This document shows positions 41,583 through 52,319 of a stretch of 64,000 bases of DNA, in pieces (position 1 is the first letter of the stretch; every line of letters begins with the position of its first letter). The notes beneath the pieces are model-generated. The model was given only the letters and a program-made list of their open reading frames with translations, was not told the origin of the DNA and ran no database searches. The DNA lies in the NCBI GenBank assembly GCA_964016885.1, contig OZ024742.1:243536001-243600000 (forward strand). The letters run 5' to 3'. A program made the translations under genes and the position numbers. This DNA comes from Eledone cirrhosa. Taxonomy: Eukaryota.

Positions 41583-44500
41583 ACTATAAAAGGATCATTT
41601 TGGTGTCACGATAAAAAGTGCCCAGCCCACACTGTAAATGTGATTGGCGTAGGAAGGGCATCTAACCATAGAAACCAAGCCAAAATCAGTTCTGTGTGAG
41701 CAAAACACAGTTATCTGACCTGGGTTGTCTCACAATGGGACAGTTCATCTAATCCATGCTAACATGGAAAATGGATGTTAAATGATGATGACGATATATA
41801 TATTCATATATACACAGACACACACACACATTTATACATGTAATTATACATATGTGCGTGTGAGAGAACATATACACAGCTGCATATTTATACATGCGAA
41901 TATGCTTACACACACACATATATATGTATGTGTATGAGTACATAGTAGAGAAAGACCATGGAAAACATGGATGGAGGTGGTGAGAGCTGACCTCAGATCA
42001 CTGAAGCTCAGAGGAGATGACGAAGGACCATGATGAGTGGAGATATGCTGTGTGGAAGAGAACCTGTCCTCCCTTGCAAGCAGGTAAAAGCAGACATATG
42101 ATGATAATGATATATATATATGTATGTGTGTATATATATATACATATATATAGAGAAACTAAAAGAGCCCTCAGGACCTGCTTGACACTTACTACAGGAA
42201 GGAAGAGAAGGTAGAAACCTATAACAGAGGAAATTGTGGAGGTTCCTGTGAGACAACTTCCTAAAGGCTGCAAAGTCTGTGGCTGGTGCAAGTCCCCAGG
42301 AAAGTAGTTCAAGATGGTGTCATACCCAATGACTAGCATAACAGTGTCATCATCAAGTGCTACAAGGGCAAAGGAGATGTGCCAAAGAGAGGTAACTACT
42401 GAGACATCAAGTTGATGGACCAGGAGATGAAAGTTACTAACAGAGTTATAGCACAACTCATTAGGGACAGAATTATGCTACATGCAATGCAGAACAGTTT
42501 TATGTCAGGAACAGGTACTACTAATGCCCTCTTCCTTGTGAAAACTATAAGGGAAGTACTATTCTAAAAGTAAGCTGCTGTACCTACCATTTTTTATCTA
42601 AAGACTAAAGTCTTAATAAATAGGAAATAAAACAAAATGTAATGGAATTACAGGCAGGTTGATGGAACAAGAGACTCCCTCACAAGTGTGGAGTGATGCA
42701 ATTCTTGTCCCTTTCATCAAGAAGTGTGATAAGCACCATTGCAGTAACTTCTAGTGTTCAGTGTTAAGAAGGCCATCCAGCCATAGAAATCTTCCAAACA
42801 AAGATTCGGGAGGACTTTTCAGTTGCAATAAAGACATGACAACCTCCCAAGTGGATAAAATGCACTCAGAAGAGCTTGAGAACATATGTAAGCAAGATGC
42901 AGGCCCCTGACCTATTTGAGCACTTCAAAAGACTTAAACATGGAGATGCCAGCACAAAGGAGCTGTGACATCTTTACAACTTATTACAGCATGAAGAAAT
43001 AATCAAAACCTGGAGTTAAGTGATAGTAGATTACCCAAGAAAGGAGCTTTAATTGACTGCAACAACTGGTGTGGAATAACTGTCTTTCCCTAGAAAAGTT
43101 GTTTTGCAGTGTCACCCTAACCCACCTCAAGAAAGTTGTCGAAGAGCATCTATGAAAAGAACAGGCTAGATTCAGGAGGAGGAGAAAGATATAAGTTTAG
43201 GAAGGTCAAGGAAAATTTGCATATTCAAGTGTCTACACACAGAATATCGTAATCAAGCAAATATTAAATTAAATTTTTTTTTTTGCTATACACTTCATAG
43301 TTTTGTATGGGTATTATGCTAGTATATCATCATCAACATCACCATTTAACATCTATTTCCCATGCTTGCATGGGTTAGATGGGTTTACATGTTATGAGGC
43401 TAGCCATGTCAGGTGACTACATCATAGTCATATGATCTGTCTTGGGCTTGTTTTTCTAAGGACAGCCATATTACAACATATAGTGGGAAAGTTTTTCATG
43501 GCACAACAAGAGAGAGATTAATTATCGTCATCAGTTTTACATGTTTGTCCATGGCGGAATAACTGGATGCCTTCCTGGTGCCAACCCTCATTTACTTTTT
43601 TAAAGAGTTAAGATACAGATCTCTGTTTACACAGAACATAAACAAATATAACCACTTGCGATATCGAATGTGAAGAGAAGAGATAACCAAAGACACACAC
43701 ACACACATGAATATATATATATATATATATATATATAGTGGACAGCTTCCGTTACCTGGGCGATAAAATCAGCAGTGGGGGAGGGTGCTCTGAAAGTACA
43801 GTAGCTAGAGTCAGAACTGGTTGGAAAAAGTTCAGAGAGCTTATACCACTATTAGCTGCTAAAGGGTTCTCCCTAAAAATGAAAGGCAGGTTGTACGATG
43901 CCTGCATCATCATCATCATCATCATCATCGGGTTTAGCGTCCGTGTTCCACGCTTGCATGGGTTTGGACGGGGGTTTTCCCACTTGAGGCAAGAGTGGTT
44001 GTCTTGCTCGCATAGGACTGTCTGGCGGGTTTTCTACAGCTGGATGCCCTTCCTAACACCAACCACATTTACAGTGTGGGGCTGGGAGGTTTTTACCGTG
44101 TTGCCTACACGGCCACATTACAGCGTGGACTGTCTGGCGGGTTTTCTACAGCTGAATGCCCTTCCTAGCACCAACAACATTTACAGTGTGGGGCTGGGAG
44201 GTTTTTACCGTGTTGCCTACACGGCCACATTTACAGCGTGGACTGTGTGTTTTTTTGTCGTGACACCTACATGATCTCATTTGTTTCGGCCTGGATGTTG
44301 TGGGACCAACATAACTTTACATTGAAAGGGGCGGTGTGGATGGGGTGGAGGTGGTGGGACGGGGGTGTGTTTTGATAGAGATGCCTACTGACTGTAGTAG
44401 GTTTTTACTTTGTATTTAGGTAAGGTGGGTCTTCTCTATTACTGAGTACCGAACAGCAATGTTGCATGGCAGTGATACCTGGGCATTGTGTGCAGAGGAT

Positions 44501-47500
44501 ATACGCAGACTAGAGAGGAACGAAGCTTGCATGCTCCGCTGGATGTGTAACAGTAATATATGTGAACGGCAAAGCATAAACGAACTAAGGAAAAAATTAG
44601 AAATAAGAGGGATCAGATGTTGTTTACTCAAGAGAAGGCTACGTTGGTATGGACACGTGATGCGCATGGAAGTCGATAGCTGTATAACAAAGTGCAGGGC
44701 AATAAAGATAGACGGTAGCCACGGAATAGGCAGACCTAGAAAAACCTGGGACGAGCTGATAAACTCCGACCTCACACACTTACACCTCTCCAAGACAATG
44801 TCACTGGACCGAGACCTTTGGCAGTACTCAGTAACAGAGAAGATCCGCCTTACCTAAATACATAGTAAAACCTACTACAGCCAGTAGGCATCTCTAACAA
44901 AATACACCCCGTCCCACCACCACCACCCCCACCCCATCCACACCACCCCGTTCTATGTAAAGTTATGTTGGTGCCGCGCCATCCAGGCCGAAACAAATGA
45001 GATCGTGTAGGTGTCACGACAAAAAAACACACAGTAATGATTCATGAAGATCTTGCTCCAAACTTTGTCATACAAAAAAGAAAAAACAAGAAGAATGTAT
45101 GCACCATTCCTAAAGTCTCTCTCTTGTAACTTTTAAAGGATGCCCAGATTATTTTTTTCTAGTGTCTCAGTACAACCACCTGGAAAAATTCTAACCCAGA
45201 TACACAGCAGAGATCAAGAAAATGCAATCATTTATTTTTTATTTCATCAAATAGATGAATTGCTTTTTTATTCTAACCTACAAATCATTACAGTTTCAAT
45301 ACAGGGTTACTCAGTTCTTTGAGAACACATCTTTTAATAGCTCTAAATTTTTTCTAACTTGTTCTGATTGTCAATTCTTTTCAGATAAATGACAGACATC
45401 AAGTTAACTAAGCAAATAAAACAGCACACAGTAATCGTTGCCTTAAAAGCAGAGAATAATGATTTAGTGAGTGCTCGCTTCCTGAAAGTTAGTCATTTGT
45501 TGACAAAATTTGCTAAGGAGCTCGAAATTTCAAGGCACACTATCGGAAGAATTGCACATAAGGACCTTGATACAAATCATAAGGACCTTCGATACAAATC
45601 ATAAGCGATGTGGAGAGAACATTTCATGTTTGTAAAGACAAAATATAACCATCTGATCCATGCAAAGCACTTGTTGAGCATGTTGAAACATTAAGAGTTT
45701 GGAATGCTTTAGTTTTTCTCAGATGAGAACAACTTTGATCAGGACTAAAACTTCAACCAAAGGAATGACAAATGATTATGCAGAGACTCTAAAGACACTT
45801 CAACAGACATGCACACAAAGTTTCTGGCAACTATGATGGTTCTGGGAAACATGAGCAACAGGGGAGTTGTCATGCCTCTTCACTTCTTTCCTTGGGGCTT
45901 AAGGGTCAATGCTGCTGACTATAAGGAGGTGTTGGAGAAGGTTGTGAACTCTTGAATAGAAAGGATGAACAAAGGAAGACTGTACACCAACCAACAAGAC
46001 TCTGGATGAGTTACAATCTCCACAATCATATTATCCCAAACATAAGGTCTCCTAGCTCTCCAGACCTGAATCCATTGGACAACTATGTATGGAGCATAGT
46101 CAAGAGGGAAGTCAATCAATGCTCCCATAACAATATAAACTCTCTGAAGTCTGCTATAACTAGCACAATGTCCAATATAAATAAAGATCATCTGATTCGG
46201 GTATGTCAACGTTTCAGACCTCGTATTAAATCAGTCATCGATGTAAATGGCAGATTCATTGAGTAGATGCATCAAAAAGAGTCTCAAGATTATTCATGCC
46301 AATTTCTTTCATGATTTATGAATCTTTTTCTAAATTCAGGAAAATGTCCTCAAAGAACTGAATTTAAGTCATTAACTAAAATAAGCACCAGAATTTGAAA
46401 ATATATATTTAAATATAAATATCAACATTCATAAAGAATAACAAGAATTATATTTGTGTGTGTGTGTATGCATGCTTAGCATCCATACAAACATGCATAT
46501 GCATATGATGTATGTGAATTTGTGTGTGCATGTCCATGTATGTATGAAAGAGGGGAAAATATGTTAATACTAACCTTGCCTAGATCGTGGCCTTTCATAT
46601 GATTCATGATGATCTTCATCACGGTAATAGTTGTTGTATTCTCCATAACGTTCAAACTCTGTCCGACTCATAGGTCGATCATAATAGGGGTCATATCGAG
46701 GATTCTTATAACGCATTCGATAGTCATAATCATAATCTCGAGGATTGCGATAATCCTTATCTCTTCCTCTTGGGCCTCTATAATCCACTGGCTCACGATC
46801 TCGGTACTCACGAGGGTCTCTAGAATGTCTAGAATCTCGCAAATCTAATGATTCTCTAGAACCACGGAAGTCATGATCTCGATAGCCCTTAGAATCACGA
46901 ATATCCAAAGAGTCACGAGAACCTCTGAAATCCTGACGCTCTTGTGGGTTCTGTGGCAATCTTGGATCTTGAACATTCCATGAATTTTGAGGGTCACGAG
47001 ATCGATGAAAGTCTTTTTTGGTATGATTTTCTCCATAATGTTCGGAGGAGTTTTTATATTCTGGTTTTATTGGAGAACTATCATGATTACTATTAGCAGT
47101 TTTTGAAGAATTTGGAGTAGATGTCAAAGGTTGGGAACTGTCCAATTTGTCACTGATGTTGTTAGTTATGTCACTAGTAACATCCAAAGAGAGCTTACTT
47201 GCACTTGTAGGTACCACAGAGTTAGTTTTGTTCTCTAAACTAGGACTAGAATCTTTAGCTACAAAAGAATAAGATTTAGAACTTTCAGAACTGACAACAG
47301 GTACACTGGGTACAAGAATTAAGCCACTTGATGATATTTGGGGATTATCCCATAATGTTGTCATAGGTGAAATACATTCTTGCAAACGAGCTCCTTCAAC
47401 TGCATTGGCCCTGATTGCTGTTGAGGTTTGATCATGTCGGTTCACATTTTTTGGTGGTGGCATAGTGTCTTTAGTACGTTCTCCAATCTGTTCCATAGAG

Positions 47501-49719
47501 AGACGTGATGTACTGGATTCTACAGATCGATTACTTTCCTGTGATCCCCGGCGTAATGATGCTGGACCACCAAAGTTTGTTGAACAGTCTTGAACAGTTG
47601 GATCAATTTTAGCTGTACTTCCTCTAAGACTTTGTTTTCCTAATGAACTGGATTCTCCATGAACATTGCTTCGAAAACTCAGACTACTCTCTTGAGAACT
47701 TCCTCTTGAAATGGATCGTGGACGATTTCCTTCCATGGAATTTTGTCTTGGGGGAGGGGGTTGGAATGGGCTAGATTCTCTTGGCTGAATTGCACTTGCA
47801 TAAACGTTTAACATATGGTCCTTTCTCAAAGATTTACTTTTCTCTGATCCAAATTTTGAAGTTAATTCATTTCTAGAATTATGAACTGATTCAATTGTAT
47901 CATTAATATTGGAAGTGTTAGGAATTTGTTTTATACTTTCTTTTGGTTGTAATGTAATTGACTCTTTTGGTGGAATTAAATCTGCTTCTCTTTCTTTCTG
48001 GAAGCCAGAATTATGATGCTGTTCAGCTGAGTTTAGTATCACATCTTCATTTGAAGTCTCCTTAATTTTAGAGGACGGTGTAAGTTGGGGAAAAGAAAGA
48101 TGTTCTATTTGAAAATTTGAATTCTCCGTTTTAAAGCTATCAAGTATAACTGCATCTGTAACTGGATGAACCTGACTAGAATTGTTAATATGTTCTTTAG
48201 TATTAATTGTGAACTCTTGATCAGGAGTTTCTGTGAAGTATGGTAAGCCATGTTTAGTATACTGACTGTTGTCAGTTAAGTTCAGGCTTTTACTGTCATT
48301 GGTGAATGAATCATGCAAACTGGCATTTGTTTTGGACTCTGCAGATAAATGTTGCTGCTGGTTGTGTTGAACAAAACTAGCAGCCTCAGTTGATGCAGGA
48401 ACAGAATCTTCAGTCAATGCATCTAGTGAAATTTCACCAAACTTATTACTAACATCCGTAATATTAGCAGCACTATTCTGTATACTATCTCCAATAGTTT
48501 GTGATGTATTACCAACAGTTTGTACATCTGATGTATTAAAATTTTCAGCAACTTTCTGGTTTGAGGTAGTTGCTGTAACAGAATTCAGTTCTGGATAGGA
48601 ATCATTCTTCATCAAAATTGGATAATTTTGTGGTTGAGAAGCAACAGTACTCTGATAGTCCTCCAAATTTGCATTGTGCTGCTGTTTATTTGATAGTGGC
48701 CCACTTGGTACATTAGAATTTGTTAAGTTTTTTGTGGGCTCCCATAGAACGTTATCTGAATCAATATTACTTTGATTAAAGAAAGCAGTGGCAGTTGTTT
48801 GCTGCTGATATGTTTCTAGAGGTTCACTAACAGGTATATTTGAAACTTGATGCCAGCTATTCTGAGAATGAACAGCCTGATTACTATCGGGTGCTTGAGA
48901 AAAATATCTTGAGTCTGTTATAGGTATTTCTTGCCCTGGAGTTTGAAGAGATGAACTGGCTTCCTGAACAGGTGTAGACAACAACATAGGTGAAGGGTTC
49001 TGATATGCAGAATAATTAGCCTGGTCAGTCGGTTGTGAATTACTAGAATCTGATGAAAAATAGGTCTGTGGAAGAACATTATTAGAAGTGTCTCTAGGCC
49101 ATTGCTGTGTGTTTGGTAATATTATATTTGGCCACACTTGCCCACCTTGATTTGTTTGAACTGGTAAGTTCTGATTTTGGTCAAAATACTGCATTGCACC
49201 AGTTGAAGTTTGTTCATGACTGGGAATATTGTTTCCATAGGAATCATTTCCAGCACTGCTTACAGAACTAACACTCTGTTCATGATACTGCCCCATTCCA
49301 GTAAACTGGTTACCAAAGAAAGAACTTGAATGGTCTCCCCAACTAGGGTTTGGATCCCATGTGCCATTGACAGTATTATTGCTATCTGCGGATTGATTTA
49401 ACTGGTTTAAAGAATCTTTATCAGGTGGCACCTGGTTAGCGGGCTGAACATTATTACAATTAGCTGGTTGAAATATTGTAGGGGCTATACTCTGTGACTG
49501 TGCTTGTTGATTACTAATATTACATTCCGTACTAGTTATTGGTTGGTCGGTAATAGTGGACACTGTATTACCTTCTGGCAATGGTTGAAATAGGGTACCA
49601 GGAAATTGGTTGGTCGGAACATTATTTTGAAATTCAGCAGGATTATAAAATGTCACTGGTCCAACATTACCAGACTGGTTACCAAAATTATCTGGATTCC
49701 AAGGAGCTGGCTGAGACAT
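1045..49719 (-). CDS. SEC16: Protein transport protein Sec16 (SEC16A-like), multi-exon and 3'-incomplete. Coding exons: 49719-46575, 37107-37012, 31327-31204, 22702-22583, 17785-17694, 12513-12309, 10844-10706, 10119-9877, 9037-8940, 5942-5858, 5698-5581, 4422-4311, 2751-2646, 1098-1045
   Basis: Manual splicing gives one open frame with GT-AG introns and matching phases. Recognisable Sec16 central-domain motifs: [145 protein letters not shown]. Confidence 0.93.
1243..1684. mobile_element. pogo/Tigger-type (Tc1/mariner) MITE, decayed
   Basis: Terminal inverted repeats ctgtatatactcatatataagc / gcttatatttgagtatatacga flanked by TA. Confidence 0.65.
2646..2751 (-). CDS. SEC16: Sec16 exon (106 nt): [36 protein letters not shown]
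   Basis: tttcttag| acceptor and CAA|gtaagt donor, phase 2 to 0. Confidence 0.92.
3422..3626. mobile_element. TTAA-target (piggyBac-like) MITE of about 200 bp; further copies near 24271-24485, 32348-32749 and 56116-56315
   Basis: TTAA|ccctttagcattta ... taaatgctaaaagg|TTAA, with internal sequence shared by four copies in the window. Confidence 0.75.
4311..4422 (-). CDS. SEC16: Sec16 exon (112 nt): [37 protein letters not shown]
   Basis: ttttcag| acceptor and AG|gtaata donor, phase 1 to 2. Confidence 0.92.
4975..5163 (-). mobile_element. tRNA-derived SINE (MetaSINE-like). Further copies or fragments near 140-295, 6275-6465, 17905-18045, 21935-22030, 31935-32070, 37760-37950, 54870-54990 and 55500-55620
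   Basis: The minus strand has a B-box-like GAGTTCAAATCC followed by GCCTTTCATCCTT..GGGTCGATAAAATAAAGTACCAG, resembling the Meta central domain. Many near-identical copies. Confidence 0.75.
5165..5260 (-). mobile_element. Severely 5'-truncated retroelement 3' end with a (TAGA)n tail, inserted at the head of the SINE
   Basis: 13-bp TSD aattcaccactat at 5152-5164 and 5261-5273, and a short tandem tail ctatctatctat. Confidence 0.6.
5581..5698 (-). CDS. SEC16: Sec16 exon (118 nt): [20 protein letters not shown]...LGDTL
   Basis: atctag| acceptor and G|gtaagt donor, phase 0 to 1. Confidence 0.92.
5858..5942 (-). CDS. SEC16: Sec16 exon (85 nt): [29 protein letters not shown]
   Basis: tttactag| acceptor and ACT|gtaagt donor, phase 2 to 0. 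Confidence 0.92.
6490..8070 (-). mobile_element. RTE-clade LINE, 5'-truncated and frameshifted (RT C-half, Cys-rich finger, 3'UTR, (ATG)n tail)
   Basis: ORFs 7638-8102 (GVHQGS, LLYADD), 7379-7645 (C/H finger), 6994-7332 and 6866-7108 (GRPRKTW). Confidence 0.92.
8940..9037 (-). CDS. SEC16: Sec16 exon (98 nt): [32 protein letters not shown]
   Basis: Poly-T cag| acceptor and AA|gtatgt donor, phase 0 to 2. Confidence 0.92.
9877..10119 (-). CDS. SEC16: Sec16 exon (243 nt): [13 protein letters not shown]...[11 protein letters not shown]
   Basis: ttttcag| acceptor and AAG|gtaaat donor, phase 0 to 0. Confidence 0.92.
10706..10844 (-). CDS. SEC16: Sec16 exon (139 nt): [13 protein letters not shown]...[14 protein letters not shown]
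   Basis: ttccag| acceptor and GGT|gtaagt donor, phase 2 to 0. Confidence 0.92.
12309..12513 (-). CDS. SEC16: Sec16 exon (205 nt), start of the central conserved domain
   Basis: [15 protein letters not shown]...FPGPLI; tttctag| acceptor and AG|gtatgt donor, phase 1 to 2. Confidence 0.92.
13165..16560 (-). mobile_element. Near full-length RTE-clade LINE (APE endonuclease + RT), inactivated by frameshifts and stops
   Basis: EN start [19 protein letters not shown] (15958-16233), [13 protein letters not shown] (15316-15831), RT NYRGIKL..DLEKAFD..YADD (13549-14847), GRPRKTW tail and (ATG)n end. Both ends sit in (TA)n. Confidence 0.93.
16688..16985. repeat. Compound (GGT)n/(GTT)n/(GCT)n trinucleotide low-complexity tract
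   Basis: Directly visible; it generates spurious poly-V/Q/T/N ORFs. Confidence 0.85.
17694..17785 (-). CDS. SEC16: Sec16 exon (92 nt): [31 protein letters not shown]
   Basis: Pyrimidine tract with ttatag| acceptor, GAAG|gtaccg donor. Phase 2 to 1, which is required to join the next exon. Confidence 0.8.
18870..19030 (-). mobile_element. Short non-autonomous RTE-related (SINE-like) element; many similar copies, e.g. 3655-3990, 18435-18735, 20055-20345, 27100-27250, 41400-41790, 53660-53885 and 56715-56995
   Basis: Shares the GGTGTTAGGAAGGGCATCCAGC module and the ACCCTTGCAAGCAGGGAAAAGTGGACGTAAAA(ATG)n tail with the RTE copies but has no ORF. Confidence 0.7.
20925..21935 (+). mobile_element. 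Second RTE-like LINE family, 5'-truncated and degenerate, with a (TAA)n tail
   Basis: [34 protein letters not shown] and GRSRCRP motifs in ORFs 21067-21531 and 21604-21789. Confidence 0.85.
22055..22385 (-). mobile_element. Probable 3' fragment of a CR1/L2-group LINE
   Basis: [11 protein letters not shown]-type C-terminal motif in ORF 22167-22448; no RT core present. Confidence 0.4.
22583..22702 (-). CDS. SEC16: Sec16 exon (120 nt): [40 protein letters not shown]
   Basis: gctttcag| acceptor with a TACTAAC branch point, AT|gtaagt donor, phase 2 to 2. Confidence 0.8.
22911..23069. mobile_element. Tc1/mariner (pogo-like) MITE of about 160 bp
   Basis: TA|cagttaaatttcgttacaac ... gttataacggaattttacgtg|TA, with internal repeats of the (t/c)gttataacg motif. 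Confidence 0.6.
23368..23555. repeat. Branched palindrome: 54-bp outer arms enclosing an 18-bp perfect hairpin and a 7-bp hairpin
   Basis: Arms 23368-23421 / 23502-23555 (2 mismatches); inner 23423-23440 / 23447-23464; inner 23473-23479 / 23494-23500. Confidence 0.9.
23615..23676 (+). ncRNA. Decayed type-I hammerhead ribozyme motif (Penelope/retrozyme-like)
   Basis: Stem I tattttat/atagaata, core CTGATGA, stem II aagcgtacca/tggtaccctt, AAAA in place of GAAA, palindromic tatata stem III, then TA as the UH site. Confidence 0.55.
24800..26530 (-). mobile_element. RTE LINE, 5'-truncated and degenerate
   Basis: ORFs 25983-26276 (GIHQGS, YADD) and 25254-25580 (GRPKKTW), plus 3'UTR modules. Confidence 0.9.
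27586..28667. mobile_element. Non-autonomous foldback DNA transposon (1082 bp) with GG-starting TIRs and an 8-bp TSD (Merlin-like)
   Basis: TSD caatattt at 27578-27585 and 28668-28675. TIR ggcactacaacgctattagctgtcagtcg and long modular internal inverted repeats. Confidence 0.8.
31204..31327 (-). CDS. SEC16: Sec16 exon (124 nt), Tyr-rich: [41 protein letters not shown]
   Basis: ttttgttag| acceptor and AAG|gtgagt donor, phase 1 to 2. Not present in the supplied ORF track. Confidence 0.85.
32382..32555 (+). mobile_element. 3' end of a third RTE-like LINE nested in a TTAA MITE
   Basis: Encodes [15 protein letters not shown], has a (gtctga)2 tail, and an 11-bp TSD atatatactat at 32371-32381 / 32556-32566. 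Confidence 0.75.
37012..37107 (-). CDS. SEC16: Sec16 exon (96 nt): [32 protein letters not shown]
   Basis: ttttctag| acceptor and G|gtaagt donor, phase 1 to 1. The RPSSR motif resembles Sec16 Arg-rich regions. Confidence 0.85.
38635..40450 (-). mobile_element. RTE LINE, 5'-truncated
   Basis: ORFs 39731-40513 (NYRGIKL, DLEKAFD, YADD) and 38936-39604, followed by 3'UTR and (ATG)n tail. Confidence 0.93.
41945..43185 (+). mobile_element. Cluster of old RTE LINE fragments (3' end about 41945-42105; RT fragments about 42310-42640 and 42880-43185)
   Basis: Degenerate matches to the CYKGKGD..GNY..IKLMDQ, KKG.L.DCNNW.GIT and EQA.FR.G motifs and to the RTE tail. Confidence 0.65.
43738..45035 (+). mobile_element. 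Young RTE LINE 3' fragment interrupted by an antisense copy of the same family's 3' end (about 43906-44447)
   Basis: The plus-strand ORF reads ..GRLYDACI| and resumes |RTAMLHGS at about 44448. The intervening DNA is the reverse-oriented tail and 3'UTR. Confidence 0.9.
45302..46361 (+). mobile_element. Decayed Tc1/mariner-superfamily DNA transposon (transposase pseudogene)
   Basis: TIR-like ends cagggttactcagttctttgagaaca / tgtcctcaaagaactga. Transposase remnants FFSDENNF and [29 protein letters not shown], with many stops. Confidence 0.85.
46575..49719 (-). CDS. SEC16: Sec16 coding exon 1 (3145 nt): low-complexity Q/S/N/P-rich N-terminus ending in an R/D/Y-rich segment
   Basis: 1049-aa ORF. 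The acceptor (tttttcag|A ATG) lies at 49721-49722, so the exon starts 1 nt before the ATG. Donor CAAG|gttagt at 46574, phase 1. Confidence 0.88.
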
Positions 49720-52319
49720 TCTGAAAAAGATATCAACAAGACCATTAAAATACTTTCAACTACTAAATTTATCTTATTTAAAAATCTACTTCACAATATA
49801 GAATTTTACTAATTAAAATATTCTTTTGGGTTTGTTTAACATTTTGTTTCTTTTAAATGATTGCAATTAAAACTAAATACTAGGGATGAAAAATTCAACA
49901 TTACAACATAATTGCAGAATTTATGCTTAAATTTCTTCCTTAATATACAAAATAGCTTCACAAAAAAATGAATTTTCGAAGCAATGTATGTTTATGAAAA
50001 AATAATCTCAACTTTGAAAAGTTAATCTTTCCCATGTTGCATTACAAGAAAAATGAAGACAAATAAAAGTTCCCTAGTTTCTTTATTAATTACATGGATA
50101 ATCCCAATTAATTAAAGTTTTTCAACTTATTATATTATATATGTCCATTTAATATGCAAAACACTTCCCTGGGGTACATTTCTTCAACCATATTGTTGAT
50201 ATTTATAATCAGTGACACTACATTCCCTCTAATTCTATATATACTGACCACATCTAAGCCTTGTCAACTGAGAAGGGCTGATAATGCTGAAAAATGTCCA
50301 TTGCTTCATCAGTTGGTTTTTATCTTTGTGTGACTGAAATGAAATGCATTCTATCATCATCATCATTTTACGTCCGCTTTTCCCTGTTTGGATTTACTAA
50401 AATTTTTATCACTAAGATAGTAAGTTGAGATATGGTTCTTATACAGAAGTGTTGGAAAAGTTTAATCTAAATAGGAACATTTTAATTTGGGCAGTTTTGA
50501 TTCATTGACCTAGAGATGGTTTTTACCAAGTTAGTTAAAGACCAAATCTATTCACATCTGCATCATCTTTATTTTTAAAAAAATCAAAAATGGCTTATCT
50601 TATTGAAGTTATCTCCATTATCTGTTGTTTAAATTTTAAACACTCCCTAGAAGTCTGTGTCTACTAATTGCATGGACAATCTCAGTTAATCAACAAGGTA
50701 TTCAAATCTCTTGCAAAAAAGAAATGTGTTTGTCTGCTACTCAAAGTAAGCTGTGGGTTGCATATTTTGCACATGCAGCAATAGAAAACCATTTGAACCT
50801 AATTATCTAGAGAATTATTTGGGCATGGTTGGTTTATAGAATTTGAACGATTTTAGTTATCACTTATTCAGCTATCTTGCATGGTTCAGTTGTCAGAAGG
50901 AAATTAGCAGGGCTCTGTCCACTTAGCCAATTTAAAAGGTCAGAGAGAGGGGGTGATGTGGGACTATGGTCAGTATATGACAAAATGAAAATGAGATTCA
51001 ATAGTGAAACAATTCGTCTAGGAACTTACAGATGTAAATATTTTGGGTCCAAGGAAAGACTAGCAAGTATTAATGGTCTATATATTGATTAGAGATAAAA
51101 ATAAAAGAGATTAGCAGATGCAAGTTAGCAAAAGTTTCAGCAGGATAATGGCAGATACTGAAGAACTGAAGAACTTCTAATCTGAATAGCAAAATGTTTT
51201 GTTGTTGATACCCAAACCAGAACAATAGATATTGGGTCAAGAAGATGCACATAGATGCAGACCTGGAGTAAAGGTAGCAGGGATTAGAGATTTGTGGGTT
51301 TAGAAGTAGTAGTGAATTGAGTTTGAGGGGAAGGAGATTTCAGAGTAAAGGTGATAGACAATTATGTACAGTTAATGAGATAATAAATACCTATTTGTTC
51401 CCAGACCTTTGATGAAAAACTATTCAAACCAATACTCACAGACAGTAAATTGCACACTTAAAGATGTTCATTAAATACCTACAACAGTACAGATTCCACT
51501 GAAGGTACCGAAAGATCAAATAATAATTTTTTTATCTGAGAGTTTCACGGTATGAAGGACATCCAGATGTTAAATACTTATTTCAAATACATAAAAATGA
51601 CTAGAATTTCAAAACCCATCCCATCATCATACTAGCTTGACAAACATCAATGTCAAACAATTTTTAAAAATAAAATACATTCATAATAAGACAAAAAAAA
51701 AGCCAAAATAAAACAGCTATTCACAAATATTTATAACTTGATTTTAAATCTCACAAACTCATTCCATAAGGCAGTAAGTGTATGCATATATAAATATGTT
51801 TACACACACATACACATATTCATACATACACATTCTCATATACAATAGAGAAAGCAATTCTGTCAATCAGAGATTATATAATCTACCGGATTAATATTAA
51901 TACAGAAAAGATTAACAATTAGAATAACTGAGCATTTCAAAACATAAGTCTGTATAAGTCTACAAAATCTGTTCATGTACCTAGAATCCCTACTTATCCT
52001 GTTGTTTATTTGAGTGTTCATGTATTGTATGAAAAGTATTACAATAAGATGATCAGCATTCACAAAAATAGGAATAACAATATATTTTTCTGTATGAAAC
52101 ATAAGTCAAAATATCATTAGCTTTATGTATACTTTTTCAATGGACGCAAGAGGTGGACTAGACGTTTTGGGGCAGAATTCTACAGCCAGATGCCCTTCAT
52201 AATACCAACACTCATTTGTTTTTTAGTAAAGTATAGATCTCTAACACAAATATCATCATCTGTGATGCAAAGAAAAGAGATGAGCAAACACACACAAACA
52301 TTATATATATATATAAATG

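Noticed and set aside
51495-51570. Minimal hammerhead (ctgaaggtaccgaaa)
   Set aside because: The core is CTGAAGG rather than CTGANGA, and I found no convincing stems I and III. Similar CTGATGA hits at about 12745 (minus) and 30361 also lack stems.
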